Shown here: piece by piece, positions 1 through 11,865 of the stretch | Layout: each line of letters starts with the position of its first letter | Position numbering within the stretch: the stretch's first letter is position 1 | Source of the DNA: Felis catus | Taxonomy: Eukaryota | Assembly (NCBI RefSeq): GCF_018350175.1 | Contig: NC_058368.1 | Coordinates: 119,104,001 to 119,168,000 of the forward strand | Direction: 5' to 3' | DNA: 64,000 bases | Translations under genes and position numbers: made by a program | The notes under the pieces: model-generated | The model's database searches: none | The model's input: only the letters and a program-made list of their open reading frames with translations | What the model was told of the DNA's origin: nothing

Positions 1-390
1 GAAGTCAGAGAAAGACAAATACTGTATGATATCACTGATATGTGGAACCTAAAAAAGCCTTAACTTACAGAAACGGAGAACAGAACAGTGGTACCAGATG
101 CTTGGGGGTGGGGGAATTGTCAAAAGGTACAAACTTGCAGTTAGAAGATGAGTACGTTCTGGAGATACAATGTACAACATTGTGATTATAGTTAACAATC
201 CTGTATTATAAACTTTAAAGTTGCTAAACGTTCTATCACAAAAAAGAAATGATAATTGTGTGAAGTGATGGAGGTATTAGCTAACGCTACTGTGTTAATC
301 ATGTTGCAATATAAATGTATCCAATCAATTATGTTATGTACATTAAACTTACATGATGTTATATGTCAGTTATATCTCAATTAAAAAAAA
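1..390 (+). mobile_element. LINE-1 3' UTR end (L1MA9/L1_Carn-like), cut by the window start
   Basis: Typical L1 3' sequence (agagaaagacaaatactgtatgatatcact...tgtacattaaacttacatgatgttatatgtcagttatatctcaatt) ending in an A-run at ~383-390. Confidence 0.9.
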
Positions 391-669
391 ACGATAGACT
401 TTGGGTGATCCTGAAAGGTGCTGAAGGAAGATGATAAATTTCACTCATGCATTCATCTTAGCAATCTAAAAATGGTGATGTCCTCAATGAACTTTCTGAG
501 CATGCCTCAACAGAGCTGATTTTGCTGAAGTAGATAACACTAGCTTCAAAGGATTTAAGTTCATGATAAGGGAAATGATTACCAACTTGTATTGGTTACT
601 CTTCATAACAGTAATGGCACATGGGACTGGAAGGGAGCTCTACACCTCTCAAACTTCTAGCACAATCAC

Positions 670-855
670 CTGGCCTATTTGATCCTCATAGCAGCCAAAT
701 GAGATAGGTCATGGAGTGACATTATCACCTCCTTGAAGATGAGGAAACAGAAGCCCTAAAAAATTAGAGATTTAAAGATTTTAGATATTTCTCCCAAGTT
801 CACAGCAGTGTTTTCCTGGAACTGCAAATCCAGTGCCCCTCCTACTACTCCATAC
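670..855 (-). mobile_element. MIR SINE, degenerate
   Basis: Reverse MIR core: tttgatcctcatagcagcc...gatgaggaaacagaagc...cccaagttcacagc. Confidence 0.7.
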
Positions 856-1719
856 TCCCATACCTCCTCTGAACCTAAAAAGGAACAGCATTATTTACAA
901 TGAATTGTGCAAACTTATGAACTTAAAAAATGATGTAGAGATTGTACAGCAGCAGGAAATATCAAATGATTTCCGTGCATGTGTAGGTGAGGGTGCTTTG
1001 TAGCGCACAGGTGGAAACAAGCTGACATGCAAACTAACATTTTAACCAGCAGAATGCAGCCCAGTAGTCAATAACCTGTCTGCATTCCCACAGGGGATTT
1101 GGGTGAGAGAGGACGGAGCAGTGAGAAGGCAGGAGACCCATACTGTTTTAAAGCACAAAGTGTTGAGTTGATCTGAGAGGCCGAGTGTTAGATGGTCCCC
1201 CTGTAAGTTCGACAGAGGTCATTCACTGTGATGTCATGTAACAACAACGAAGATTTCCTGCAGATCACAATCTTCTGCAAAGAGCAACTCTACAGAAGTG
1301 AGCAATGACAGTCCATTTAAAACACGTGTGTTGAGTGCCCACTCTATCAGCTTGATATTTTGCAAAGGCAGTAGAAATACTTCAGTCGCTATTTGGTAAA
1401 AGAGAAGAATGCAGCTGGAGTGCCATTAAAATTAGAGGTCCAAGTTACTATCAGAACAGAGGAAGAGATGGATCACACTGGGGTGACATGGGAGGGTAGG
1501 AAAACAAGGTGAATTGGGTCTTCAGGTCCAGGAAATAGCTTAACAGGCAGATGTGGAGGGAAGAGATGGGATGGGATGGATATGACAGCCAAGAAGGTCA
1601 CAAGAGGGGCAGCTGATGGCATTTTCAGTAAATCCCTGTTGAGCTGGTTATGACTGTGGAGAACAGGGTTTTTTGTCCCCTGCCTTTTCCTATTCCCATC
1701 CTGTTCCTTCTGCTTTGCA

Positions 1720-2030
1720 AGCATTGCCTACTCCTTCTCTCTCCTGGCTCTCCTGGAAAATCCCTACTCATCTGCAGAGTAAGCATTGAAGTGTCTCCAA
1801 CTGTGAATGCCTCTTTTCTGATCCACCTACCATGATTCATCCCTGCTATCGTATCTAAACACACCTCCCTTGCACTGTTCCAAGGTGTGGCATCCATTTG
1901 CTTGGGCACAGTTTCTGTCACCAGCCTGTTGGCACTGAAGAATGGGAACAGTACGTCTTACTAGCCTTTGTATTTCTACTACCCGCAGAGTGCCTGGCAC
2001 ATTGTCAGCACTTAATAAATATCCTTTCAA
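1720..2030 (+). mobile_element. L2 3' end
   Basis: Ends in agagtgcctggcacattgtcagcacttaataaatat, the L2 3' terminal motif. Confidence 0.7.
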
Positions 2031-2149
2031 CAGGCTTATAATTTTCTACATAATTTTCTACATCTTTTGTGGGAATAATTCTTCAATACCTTGTATTTTA
2101 GTAGCTTAATAGTGCTATCTTTTTAAAAATAAATATTTTCTACCTGCTT

Positions 2150-3372
2150 ATGGCTGGCAACCATGGACTTGCAACTGACTTTGGTATACTGATCTTTTAT
2201 CCAGTAGGATTGTTAAACTCTCTTGTTAATGTTAAGAATTGGCCTGCAGATATTTCTGTGCTATGTAGATAATTATATCGGTTGGGAGTTTCATTTATTT
2301 TTCAATGCTTATATATTTTATTTCTTTTTTTCTGCTTGCTATTCTGTCTAGGATCTCCAATATATCATTGAATTAAGTGGTGATGGAGGGCATTGTCTTG
2401 ATTTTGATTTTAATAGGGGTGCTTGTAATGTTTCTCCACTGAACATGGTGGTGGCTCCAGGTTTTCCATAGTTACTGTTTATCAGGTTAAGACCACTCCT
2501 TTCTGTTCCTAGTTTGCTAAGAGGTTTTATCACTATGGGTGCTAAATTTTATTGACTCCTTTTTCTGATCTATTGTAATGATCACGTGTTTTCTCCCTTT
2601 CACTAGATGATATGGTGAACAACATTAACAGATTTTTGTAAATTTGAACTAAATTTGCATTTTGGGAATTAGCCCAAAACCTAAGTTATGACTTATGTTT
2701 TTTATACCTTGCTTAGTTTGGTTTGCTAACATAATGCTTAGGATTTCTTGTATCTAAGTTAATGAACGAGATTAGAGGGTAGCTTTCCTTTCTCCAATTT
2801 CTCTTGTCAGTTTCTCTATCAAGGTTATACAAGTCTTTATTTAAAAAAATTTTTTTTAACATTTATTTATTTTTAAGACAGAGAGAGACAGAGCATGAAC
2901 GGGGGAGGGTCAGAGAGAGAGGGAGACACAGAATCTGAAACAGGCTCCAGGCTCTGAGCGGTCAGCGCAGAGCCCAACGTGGGGCTCGATTTCCCAGACC
3001 GTGAGATCATGACCTGAGCTGAAGTCGGACACTTAACCGACTGAGCCACCCAGGCGCCCCTACAAGTCTTTAAGAGTAGGTGGAGACTGTTTCCCTTCTC
3101 ACCTTTTTCCCCCCTGTTTTCTGGATAGTTTAAGATTAAAATGATCTGCTTCTTGACTATTCGGTAAAATTCACCTGTAAAACTGTCTGGAGCCTATGTC
3201 ATATGCAAGGAAGATTTGTAACTACAGTCTTTATTAAAGATGATAGTACCATTTAAGTATTCTATTTTTTCTAGGTTTTGGCAATTTTCACAATCCATTT
3301 TATATACATTTTCAAATTTTTGACATAGTGTTTTTATAATATCCTCTCATCTTGTTTCATTTTCAGCATCTT
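2150..3372 (-). mobile_element. Ancient LINE-1 ORF2 (RT region) fragment, interrupted by a SINE
   Basis: ORF 2348-2533(-) MIKPLSKLGTERSGLNLINSNYGKPGATTMFSGETLQAPLLKSKSRQCPPSPL aligns with L1 ORF2 [54 protein letters not shown]. Confidence 0.85.
2840..3060 (-). mobile_element. Feliform CanSINE (SINEC_Fc type), full length
   Basis: Reverse complement of GGGGCGCCTGGGTGGCTCAGTCGGTT head, (CT)n and A-rich tail; 12-bp TSD TACAAGTCTTTA at 2828-2839 and 3061-3072. Confidence 0.97.
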
Positions 3373-3374
3373 TA

Positions 3375-4830
3375 CATTTTTTTGTAATTTAAATGCCATT
3401 AATTCATCCGTTTTAAGTGTGAATTCAAATGAGTTTTTGTAAATGCGTTCGGTCATGCAAATATCACTAAATATGCGTTAGAATACTCTGGTCACCTGAG
3501 AAATAATTCTTATACCCTTTTTTATTCAATCCCTGCCACGAGGCAGCCATATATTTCTTTTACGCCCTTACATTTTCCAAAATTTAATATAAATGGAATC
3601 ATATGGTACTTGGTCTTTTGTACATTGCTTGTTTCATTTAGCATGATGTTTTTGAAATTCATCCATGCTGTTGTGTTAGTAGCTTCTTCTCTTTATTGCT
3701 AAGTAATATTCCTGTCACCTGTCAGATGCCTGCCATCAACTCCTGTTGATGCACATTTGGATCCTTTCTACTTTTTGACTATTTTGTATAATGGATACTC
3801 TGAACATGGTGTACAAATACTTTGGCGACATATGATTCTATTTCTCTTGGGTAGACACTGAGAAGTGAAACTCCTAGGTCACATGGGAAGTATATGCTTA
3901 ATTTATTTTAGACTGCTCAAGTGTTCTTTGAAGTAGCTGTACCAATTTTATTTCTGTTAGTGATACATGAAATTCCAGTTGCTACACATACTTGCCATAC
4001 TTGGTGTTAGATTTCTTTCTTGCCTCCTTTCTGTCTTTCCTTCCTTCCTTCCTTCCTTCCTTCCTTCCTTCCTTCCTTCCTTCCTTCCTCCCTTCCTTCC
4101 CTCCTTCCTTCCCTCTCTCCTTCCTTCCTTCCCTCTTTCCTTCCTTCTTTCCCTCTTTCCTTCCTTCCTTTCTTCCTTCTTCCCTTCCTTCCTTCCTTCC
4201 CTCTTTCCTTCCTTCCTTCTGTCCTTCCTTCCTTCCCTCTTTCCTTCCTTCCTGCCTTCCTTCCTCCCTCCCTCCCTTCCTTCCTTCCCTCTTTCCTTCC
4301 TTCCCTCTTTCCTTCCTTCTTTCCTTCTTTCCTTCCTTCCTTCCTTCCTTCCTTCCTTCCTTCCTTCCTTCTTCCCTTCCTTCCTTCTTCCTTTCCTTCC
4401 TTCCTCCCTCCCTCTCTTCCTCTCTTCCTTCCTTCCTCCCTCCCTTCCTTCCTTCCTTCCTTCCTTCCCCCTTCTTTTCTTTCTTCCCCAATTCTTTTCT
4501 TCCTTCCCCCTTCCTTCCTTCCTTCTTTCTTTCTTTCTTTCCATCCTTCCTCCCTCCCTCCCTCCCTTCCTTCCTTCCATTCATTCATTCATTCATTCAT
4601 TTCAAATTTAAAGAATTTACTCATTCTAATATATGTGTATCTTATTGTGCTTTTCATGACCAATGATGTTGGATATCATTTCCTTTACTCATTCTTCTGT
4701 AATGTGTTTTTAAAATAATTTTTCTGTACTTTATGTATATTCCCATTTTAATTTTTATTGGGTTTGATTTTTTTTATTATTGAATTGCAGAGTTCTTTAT
4801 ATATTTTGGGTACAAATCCTTTTTCAAACT
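3375..4830 (-). mobile_element. LINE-1 3' portion (L1MB/L1ME-like) nested in the older L1, split by the (CCTT)n tract
   Basis: L1 3' motifs: atataaatggaatcata, tcatttagcatgatgtttttgaaattcatccatgctgttg, agagttctttatatattttgggtacaaatcctttt. Confidence 0.85.
4012..4600. repeat. Compound (CCTT)n polypyrimidine microsatellite ending in (TTCA)n
   Basis: Directly visible; almost purine-free for ~570 bp. Confidence 0.99.
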
Positions 4831-5558
4831 CTCTTACCTTTTTAATGTCTATACCATATATTAATTATGTTCTGGTTTGCAATTATAATATTATTTGTGC
4901 CTTCTTTCATTTTTACCTTGATCAATCTTGTAAATTATTGTGTATTGTAACTTCTATTAGTAATTTAAAAGAGCCAATTTTTGGTTTTATTAAACATTTC
5001 TACTGAATGTTTTTTTTTATTTTGTTAACTTCTACTCTTATATTTATTATTTCTTTCTATCTACTATCCTTAAAAAATTTCCCTAACACTCAAAGTAGAT
5101 AATTAGGTAATTATAGCCTTTCATATCTTCTAATATAAGCAGTATATTTCCCTTTAACCACTGCTTTAGAAGTAGTGGTACATATATTATTATTAGAAAA
5201 GATTCTAGTTCTCTCCTGACTTTTAAAAACTACACAGTCGGATCTTTCCCCTTTGCTTTCAGTGATGCAGTATCCATTATATGTCTAAGCATGTGTTATT
5301 TTTTTTTCATTAGCTCATTGGTCCTTTTTCCTCTCCCATCCTCCTCTTCTTCCTTCTTCTTTTAAATCATGCTTGGGATCTTCGAATTTGAATAAACACT
5401 CAAAGTCATCGATTTCATCATCTGGAAAGTTCTAAGTCAGTTTCCTTTTCAAATATTTCTATTCCATGATGTCCTTTCATAACTCTAATGAAAGTATATC
5501 CAGACTTTATCACTATTTCCTCTGTCTCTTAAGCTCTCATTTTTTTCCTCTTTTATTT

Positions 5559-5794
5559 ATTTTATTTTTTTTTTTTAATTTTTTTTTCAACATTTTTTAT
5601 TTTATTTTTGGGACAGAGAGAGACAGAGCATGAACGGGGGAGGGGCAGAGAGAGAGGGAGACACAGAATCGGAAACAGGCTCCAGGCTCCGAGCCATCAG
5701 CCCAGAGCCTGACGCGGGGCTCCAACTCATGGACCACGAGATCGTGACCTGACTGAAGTCGGACGCTTAACCGACTGCGCCACCCAGGCGCCCC
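5559..5794 (-). mobile_element. Young SINEC_Fc (GGCGCAGTCGG subfamily)
   Basis: CpG-rich full-length copy; 13-bp TSD TCCTCTTTTATTT at 5546-5558 and 5795-5807. Confidence 0.97.
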
Positions 5795-6008
5795 TCCTCT
5801 TTTATTTTTATAGCCTTTTTTCTTCTTTGGCTTCTCTCTGGATATTTTCTTCTACTTCCTGGTTCATTAATTTTCTCCTGTATGTCTAATTTGTTTTGCC
5901 AACACTGCATTGAATTTCTCCTTTTAATTTTTATATTTTCAGGTCTAGGAATTATGTTTGTTTGTTTTTTTCTTATCTGCCTGATCAGTTTTGATAGTTT
6001 CTTATTTC

Positions 6009-6216
6009 TTAATGTTTATTTATTTTTGAGAGAGAGAGACAGATACAGAGAGAGTGAGCAGGAGAGGGGCAGAGAGGGGAGACACAGAATCCAAAGCAGG
6101 CTCCAGGCTCTGAGCTGTCAGCACAGAGCCTAATGCAGGGCTCGAACTCACGAAGTGTGAGATCATGACCTGAGCTAAAGTCAGATGCTTAACCGACTGA
6201 GCCACCCAGGTGCCCC
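6009..6216 (-). mobile_element. SINEC_Fc-type SINE
   Basis: Full head and tail; 15-bp TSD ATAGTTTCTTATTTC at 5994-6008 and 6217-6231. Confidence 0.97.
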
Positions 6217-7109
6217 ATAGTTTCTTATTTCCTTGTTACAACTTCAGTACCATCTTTTATTTATGTAGACATTTATTCAAATAGTCTTATGTTCTATAGT
6301 TGATACATTGGATATTACTAGACATTTTGGTTTGTCTGATTCTACAGTTTGTAGTTGTTTTTTGTAGTTTATAGTTGTTCATCTCTCATTCATTGTGGCT
6401 TATTTCTGCATGCATTTTTCGATAGTGATCTCATATTTTTTACACACTTTATCTGTGAGATGTATCTTATTCCCAAAAGGATTTGTGTTGGTAGAAGCAG
6501 GCTTCTTGGGAAACTTTTAACCTCATACCAATTTAAATTTTCCCTTTTTTTTTTTGCCACAAAAGTTTTATAAATTATGGTCCCAAATCTATATGACTGC
6601 AGTATCATATTTAGGAATTTTCAGACATACGAAAAAATTTTTTTACATGCCCCTAAGGCTTTAATCCAAACAGGCATCTATTACCACCATCTCCTACTAT
6701 ATGATGGTTCTTTTCTTTCTTTTCTTTCTTTCTTTTTTAACCAATGGGGTGTCAACTCTGAGTCTTATGATCTACTGTACTGCTCTGCTCTTATCTCAGG
6801 GTTTGCTTTCACTCTTTAGGTGGAAAGCCTTTTAAAATACAGATTTTAAGGCGCCAGGAATTAGCTGATAAGCCTGTGGCAAATGCCACTCCATTGCTTA
6901 CTTAACCTTCTTCACTCATATTTTTAGCTTCCAAGGATCTGTCTTGTATATAAGCAACACAGCATACATTTGGAGTGTATGTCCATCACTTTCTGATATA
7001 CTGTTACATGAGGGATTCCCTAAATGTCTAGTCCCCTTTGACTGGAAAGAGAAGGTTTTTACTTGGATGGTTTGAAAGTTGTTTGGGGTGTTTGATCTAG
7101 AGTTCCGTG

Positions 7110-7655
7110 CGATCATGTTTTACTCAAAGGCTTCCAGTGACTTCCTATCACACTTAGGATGATAGCCAGCACCCTCAGCACAGCCTGTACACCCTGGGAA
7201 ATGTGACTTCTTGCTCCCTCTTCAACATCATCTTTCATTTCCTCCTCAAGCATCCAAACATCCTGGCTTTTTGGTGTTCCTTGAGCATCTTCAAGGATGT
7301 CCCTATCACATGGCCTTTGCCCTTGTTCTCCTGTCTCCCTGAAACTCTCTCCAGATACTCATATGCCTAGTTTTCTCATTCTGTTTTGGTCTCCTACTTG
7401 AGTGTCACCTTTTCTGGGATGTCTTCTACTTTGTTAAATGGCATCTCTTCTCACTCTTAATCCCCTTTCCCTACTTTCTTTTTCTTTACAGTACATGACA
7501 TCATGTAGCTATCTATTTGTGTATTTACTTCTGCTTTTTAGAATGTAATCACCATGAAAGCTTGTCTGCCTTGTTCACCACTGCATTCTCAGTGCCTAGA
7601 ATAGTACTGGACACATAATAGGTGCTCAAATATTTGCCGAATGAACAGATGAATA
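7110..7655 (+). mobile_element. L2 3' region
   Basis: gatcatgttttactcaaaggcttccagtgacttcc...cagtgcctagaatagtactggacacataataggtgctcaaatatttgccgaatgaa. Confidence 0.85.
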
Positions 7656-9129
7656 ACACCATCATTTTAATAAAAAATTGAGTCATTCCTTCTTAGTAAG
7701 GGATCTATTTTCTGGGGCATGTGGCTTTGAAACTAACACTAAAAAAATATCGTGTAACACATGGAATCATTTGTTGTTACTAACAAGTCAATTCAGTTTT
7801 TGTAAAACGCACAATTCCCAAGCAGCTGCTTAAAAACGAGGCAATTCATTTCCAAGCTGGTTCCTGCAAGCACATTTGATAATGTTAAATATTTATTAAG
7901 TGCCAGGGTGCTAAATTAGGTGATGGTGGAGAGTGACCACATTTAAATCCACCCAGTGTGGGTCCAGAGAGTACAAGGCATAGAGGTGTAGAGATGGCCT
8001 GGCCCCCCTCCTCAGAGCCCTCAGATTTCACTCCCTGGATGGGGAGAGGTAGTTTGAGAGAAAGTGGAATCATTGCGTGTTGAGTGTTAGTAACTCCAAA
8101 TGTTTCCTCCCAGTTCAGTGTCTCTTGTTGCAAAAGCCACCTAGACAGGAAGGGAGGTCAGGACTTTCTCCTGACCCACCTTGTGGTTCCTAGAATGACT
8201 AGGTGCTTCTAGCAGGAAATTCAAGAATGTCATGGTGGAATTATGCGTGTATGTCTGAAAATGGGACTTGTCGCAGCATTGTGCTTCCTTTAACAATCGC
8301 TCTCCTGGTTCCTCCAATTCCTCTGTGTCCTGGCCTACCTTGGACCCTGGTTGCTCCCAGCTACAGGTGACCCTTTCAGCCTACAATGATGTTCCCTAGA
8401 TTCTTGCTGCTGTGGCTCAACTTCCACAAATCCCATTACCTGCTGATTTCAGCCCTCTGTTTTGTGTCAACCATTTCCTAAAAAGCACACTGAACCTTCA
8501 TAAAACTGCCATTTTTGCATGGCTTTTTGATCCTTTTTTTTTTTTTTTTTTTTTTTTTAGCTTCGTCTAGCTCCACTACCAGCCCACCGTCATCAGCCAT
8601 TGTGGATTAGGACTGTACAGCAAGGCTAAAACAAATGGCAGGGAGAGGCTATTCATGCTGGGTTACAATTCACTATGTGGAACCACAGTCTGCTCACAAT
8701 GGTGTAGGGGAGCCTTCCGTGTCCGAGACGGTGGTCGACGTGGCACAGTGGAACTTACTGGCTGAAGCAGGATACTACTGTCTCCACTCATGGCTTGAGT
8801 TTGAAAGTATCCATTAAATAGATAGTATAAAGGGGCATGTTATACTTTGAATTAGGAAAATGTTTCAGAGACATTATTGTAAAGAATTGGTTCTATGCAG
8901 AGTGGTTTTCACCAGAGTGGGCACATACTAGATAGAATTCTACAACATAACTGACTTTAGCTGTGGTCACACACAAATAAGTACTATGGGCTTTTTACAG
9001 TTTGTGTTTGGGATGATATGGGGCAGAGCCTGCCCTTTTAGGATACCCACTCACATAGGATATTTATACAATGTGTATACCCACATAAAAATGTATTACA
9101 GATATGTATACATTTTGCAAAAATCCAAC

Positions 9130-9240
9130 TTAATTTAGCAGAAAACTACCGAGTGCTCATTATATGGCAGACAATATTTTTAAAAAAAGAAAGATAGATC
9201 GAAAATAGACTCCGCCTTCAAGGAGTTCAGTGTGGCTAAA
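9130..9240 (-). mobile_element. L2 3' fragment
   Basis: gagtgctcattatatggcagaca...gccttcaaggagttcagtgt. Confidence 0.5.
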
Positions 9241-9807
9241 TAGAATGCAGACTTAATCCCTCAGACCTTCTTGGCAAGGCTGGGTATGGTTTCTAAGACC
9301 CAAGAGGGGTTAAACCATTCACTTACTGTTTCAGCAACCACAATGCTTCCAAAGTTGTCATTTGGATTCGGTTGGGTGGTAAGCTACAGTTGGCTTTTTC
9401 CTTTTTTTTTTTTGATTTTTGTTTTTGTTTCCAATAAGCTTCCAGCTAAAAAATATCCAAACCCTGCAAATAATTTAAATAATTAAATTATTGCTTAAGG
9501 TTTCTTGTATTTTGGCATATAACATGGAAAAATTTTGATTATGTGAAGTGAAAGACTGCTTAGTGTTGAATGTTTAAACTAGACTTGGCCCAGCTTGGTT
9601 CCACTTTTATCAAATATCACAGATAGCTAAGAAAAGGGGTGTGGAGAGGAAGGAGAATGAAAAATGCTGGAAAAATACTGTAATATATCAATGAACTGAT
9701 GACACATTTCATTTCCTAGAGATAATCTCTGAAGGCAGGACGTGAACCAAGGAACACATTTGGTAGAAGCCAGTCTCTTTAATCTCTTTTTTTTCTGTAA
9801 TGAACTT

Positions 9808-9960
9808 TCATTCACTCAATGAACAATGAGTGCTACTATGGCAGGCACTTTGTTAGGCACTGAGGAAGTGGAAATAAACCAACCATAGCCCCTGTCTTCA
9901 AGGAATCCAAAATTTAATAGGGGGGACTCATTGTATAACAAATAAGTACTAAGTGAGAAA
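9808..9960 (-). mobile_element. L2 3' fragment
   Basis: tcattcactcaa...gagtgctactatggcaggcactttgttaggcactgagg...gcccctgtcttcaagga. Confidence 0.75.
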
Positions 9961-10134
9961 GGGAAGATATTGAAAGAGACTGGGGGCTTGCGGGGTGGAA
10001 TACTTTTAAAAGGTAATCCTGATGACTGATCAGAACTTTTCAACTTGTCGTGGACACCAGGATTTTTGTTTTCTAAATTATGCTCATGGCATTTCATGTT
10101 AGTAGTCTATTCCATTTGCCAAAACAGAGTACAT

Positions 10135-10350
10135 GTCATAGACCTGGATTATGGTTGGAGTTCTTCCAGCTTATAGCTGAGTGGCCTTGGGCCAGTCACA
10201 TCATTTCTCTGAGCATATTGCCTTATTTGACAGAAATGGGGTCAGCTTACTACAGGAGAACACTGATAGAAGGAAGCACTGCAAATGAGAAGCATGATAA
10301 GGTATTGACTACATTCTTCACTAGAGGATCCTTCCAGCTGGATGATCTCG
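10135..10350 (+). mobile_element. MIR/MIR3 fragment
   Basis: agacctggatt...tagctgagtggccttgggccagtcacatcatttctctgagc...ggatccttccagct. Confidence 0.6.
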
Positions 10351-10399
10351 AATTTTTCTCGTTGCCCATCTTGCACTTCCAGCAGACCAAGAGATCTTA

Positions 10400-10562
10400 A
10401 ACTAGGTTCATAGACCATTGGTTAGCTCCCAAGCTTGGAGTACTAGCTGAGATCATTCGTAAAGTTCTGGGTATATATGCACATGCACATTTTCCTAGTT
10501 CCATGGTTTCATCAGGTCCTCAAGGGGGACCATGGCTGCAAAGGTGGTTAAGAACTGCTATC
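10400..10562. mobile_element. hAT-Charlie-type MITE fragment
   Basis: ttcatcaggtcctcaagggggaccatgg...ggttaagaactgct resembles a Charlie-family terminal sequence. Confidence 0.4.
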
Positions 10563-11512
10563 CTGGATAGAGTGTTTTTTGGGTGGTACAGACGGTACCT
10601 TAGTTATTTTTGTATTCCAATATCTATGTTACAGTGCCCAGCAATAGTAGGAGCTCCTAAATTTGTTCCATTAATACATATAAACATGGATTATGCGTTA
10701 TGGTGGCAAATATTAACATTCAACACAAGTCTGATATCATGCTGGGGATGAAGTATTAAATTCTGATGAAGTCTGTCATCGGTTGTCAAATAGAAATTGG
10801 TGCTAAATTTAGAAGGCCTAACAAATGCACCATTTTAAGCAATTGGTTTTTAGAAGTTCATTATTTTTTGCCTGTGTTTTCAACCAACTTGGGGAAACTC
10901 CTTCTCTCTTCTTTGCCGAACTTGCAGATGGCTTTGTTTGTTTGAGCGTGTCAAGGTTGAAGGCTGCTCAGTCACACAGGTGTCCTAAAGACTGTCCTCT
11001 GAATACAGAGGAAAGATCTGGTGAACATGTACCCCCTCCAGGAGAAACCGTGGCCAAAAAACAAAGACAGCTTGCAGGAGTAGACACAAACCTTTCAGTA
11101 ATTTGTTTATGTCTGCTCTGACTAGATGATTCTTACAACAATGTGACTCTGCTAATACAAAACTTCCCTGGACACAAGTGGACACAATTACCTGAGACTG
11201 TAAAGTTTAAATACATGTCTGATACACACGAAGAATTGAAACAGGTGGGGTGTCAAATTACCTTATAGCTGGAGGCAAGAGTACAAAAGGCAAAAAGTAG
11301 GCAAAAGTTGTCCACTGCATTGTTATTGTAACACCAGAGGAGTGGGAAACAATGTAAACACCCATCAAAAGGAGACTAATGACAAGAATTATCACATATC
11401 CAAACAATTAAATATTCATAACACAGTCAACAGAGTGAGGCAGTTATAATGTGCCGAAGTGACATCATAACTAAGATACATTTTTTAAAAATCAAAAGCG
11501 AATTACTTTTTA

Positions 11513-11742
11513 TTTATTTACTTTTACTTATTTATTATTTTTTTTAATGTTTATTTTTGAGACAGAGCGAGAGACAGAGTGCAAGCAGGGGAGGGGTAGA
11601 CAGAGGGTGACAGAGTCTGAAGCAGCTTCCAGGCTCTCAGCTGTCAGTACGGAGCACGATGTGGGGCTTGAACTCACGAACTGTGAAATCGTGACCTGAG
11701 CTGAAGTTGGACGCTTAACTGACTGAGCCACTCAGGCGCCCC
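11513..11742 (-). mobile_element. SINEC_Fc-type SINE
   Basis: Full head; 18-bp TSD with one mismatch, AAAGC(G/T)AATTACTTTTTA, at 11495-11512 and 11743-11760. Confidence 0.96.
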
Positions 11743-11764
11743 AAAGCTAATTACTTTTTAAAAA

Positions 11765-11865
11765 ACATTTTATTCTGAAATATTAATGGACTCAACGAAG
11801 TTGCAAAGGGGTTACAATGGGGACAAAAAGTCTTGTGCAGTCTTCATTCAGCTTCCTTCAATGGG
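11765..11865 (-). mobile_element. Short L1 3' terminus (L1MC/L1MD-like)
   Basis: ttttattctgaaatattaatggactcaacgaagttgcaaa...tcttcattcagcttccttcaatg. Confidence 0.6.

Larger units (their letters stand above)
4835..7055 (-). mobile_element. Continuation of the ancient L1 (ORF2 N-part, ORF1 and probable 5' end), highly degenerate
   Basis: ttgatcaatcttg...aaagagccaatttttggtttt (ORF2 antisense); tctggaaagttctaagtcagtttccttttcaaatattt (ORF1 antisense); gagggattccctaaatgtctagtcc resembles old L1M 5' ends. Confidence 0.6.

Noticed and set aside
3957..4718. Six long ORFs (193-232 aa; PSFL- or EGRK-rich)
   Set aside because: Stop-free translation of the (CCTT)n microsatellite in all frames; not genes
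6020..6205. Recurring MAQSVK...AQVMIS ORFs (also at 11528, 34219, 45216, 56590) resembling a gene family
   Set aside because: Translations of CanSINE copies
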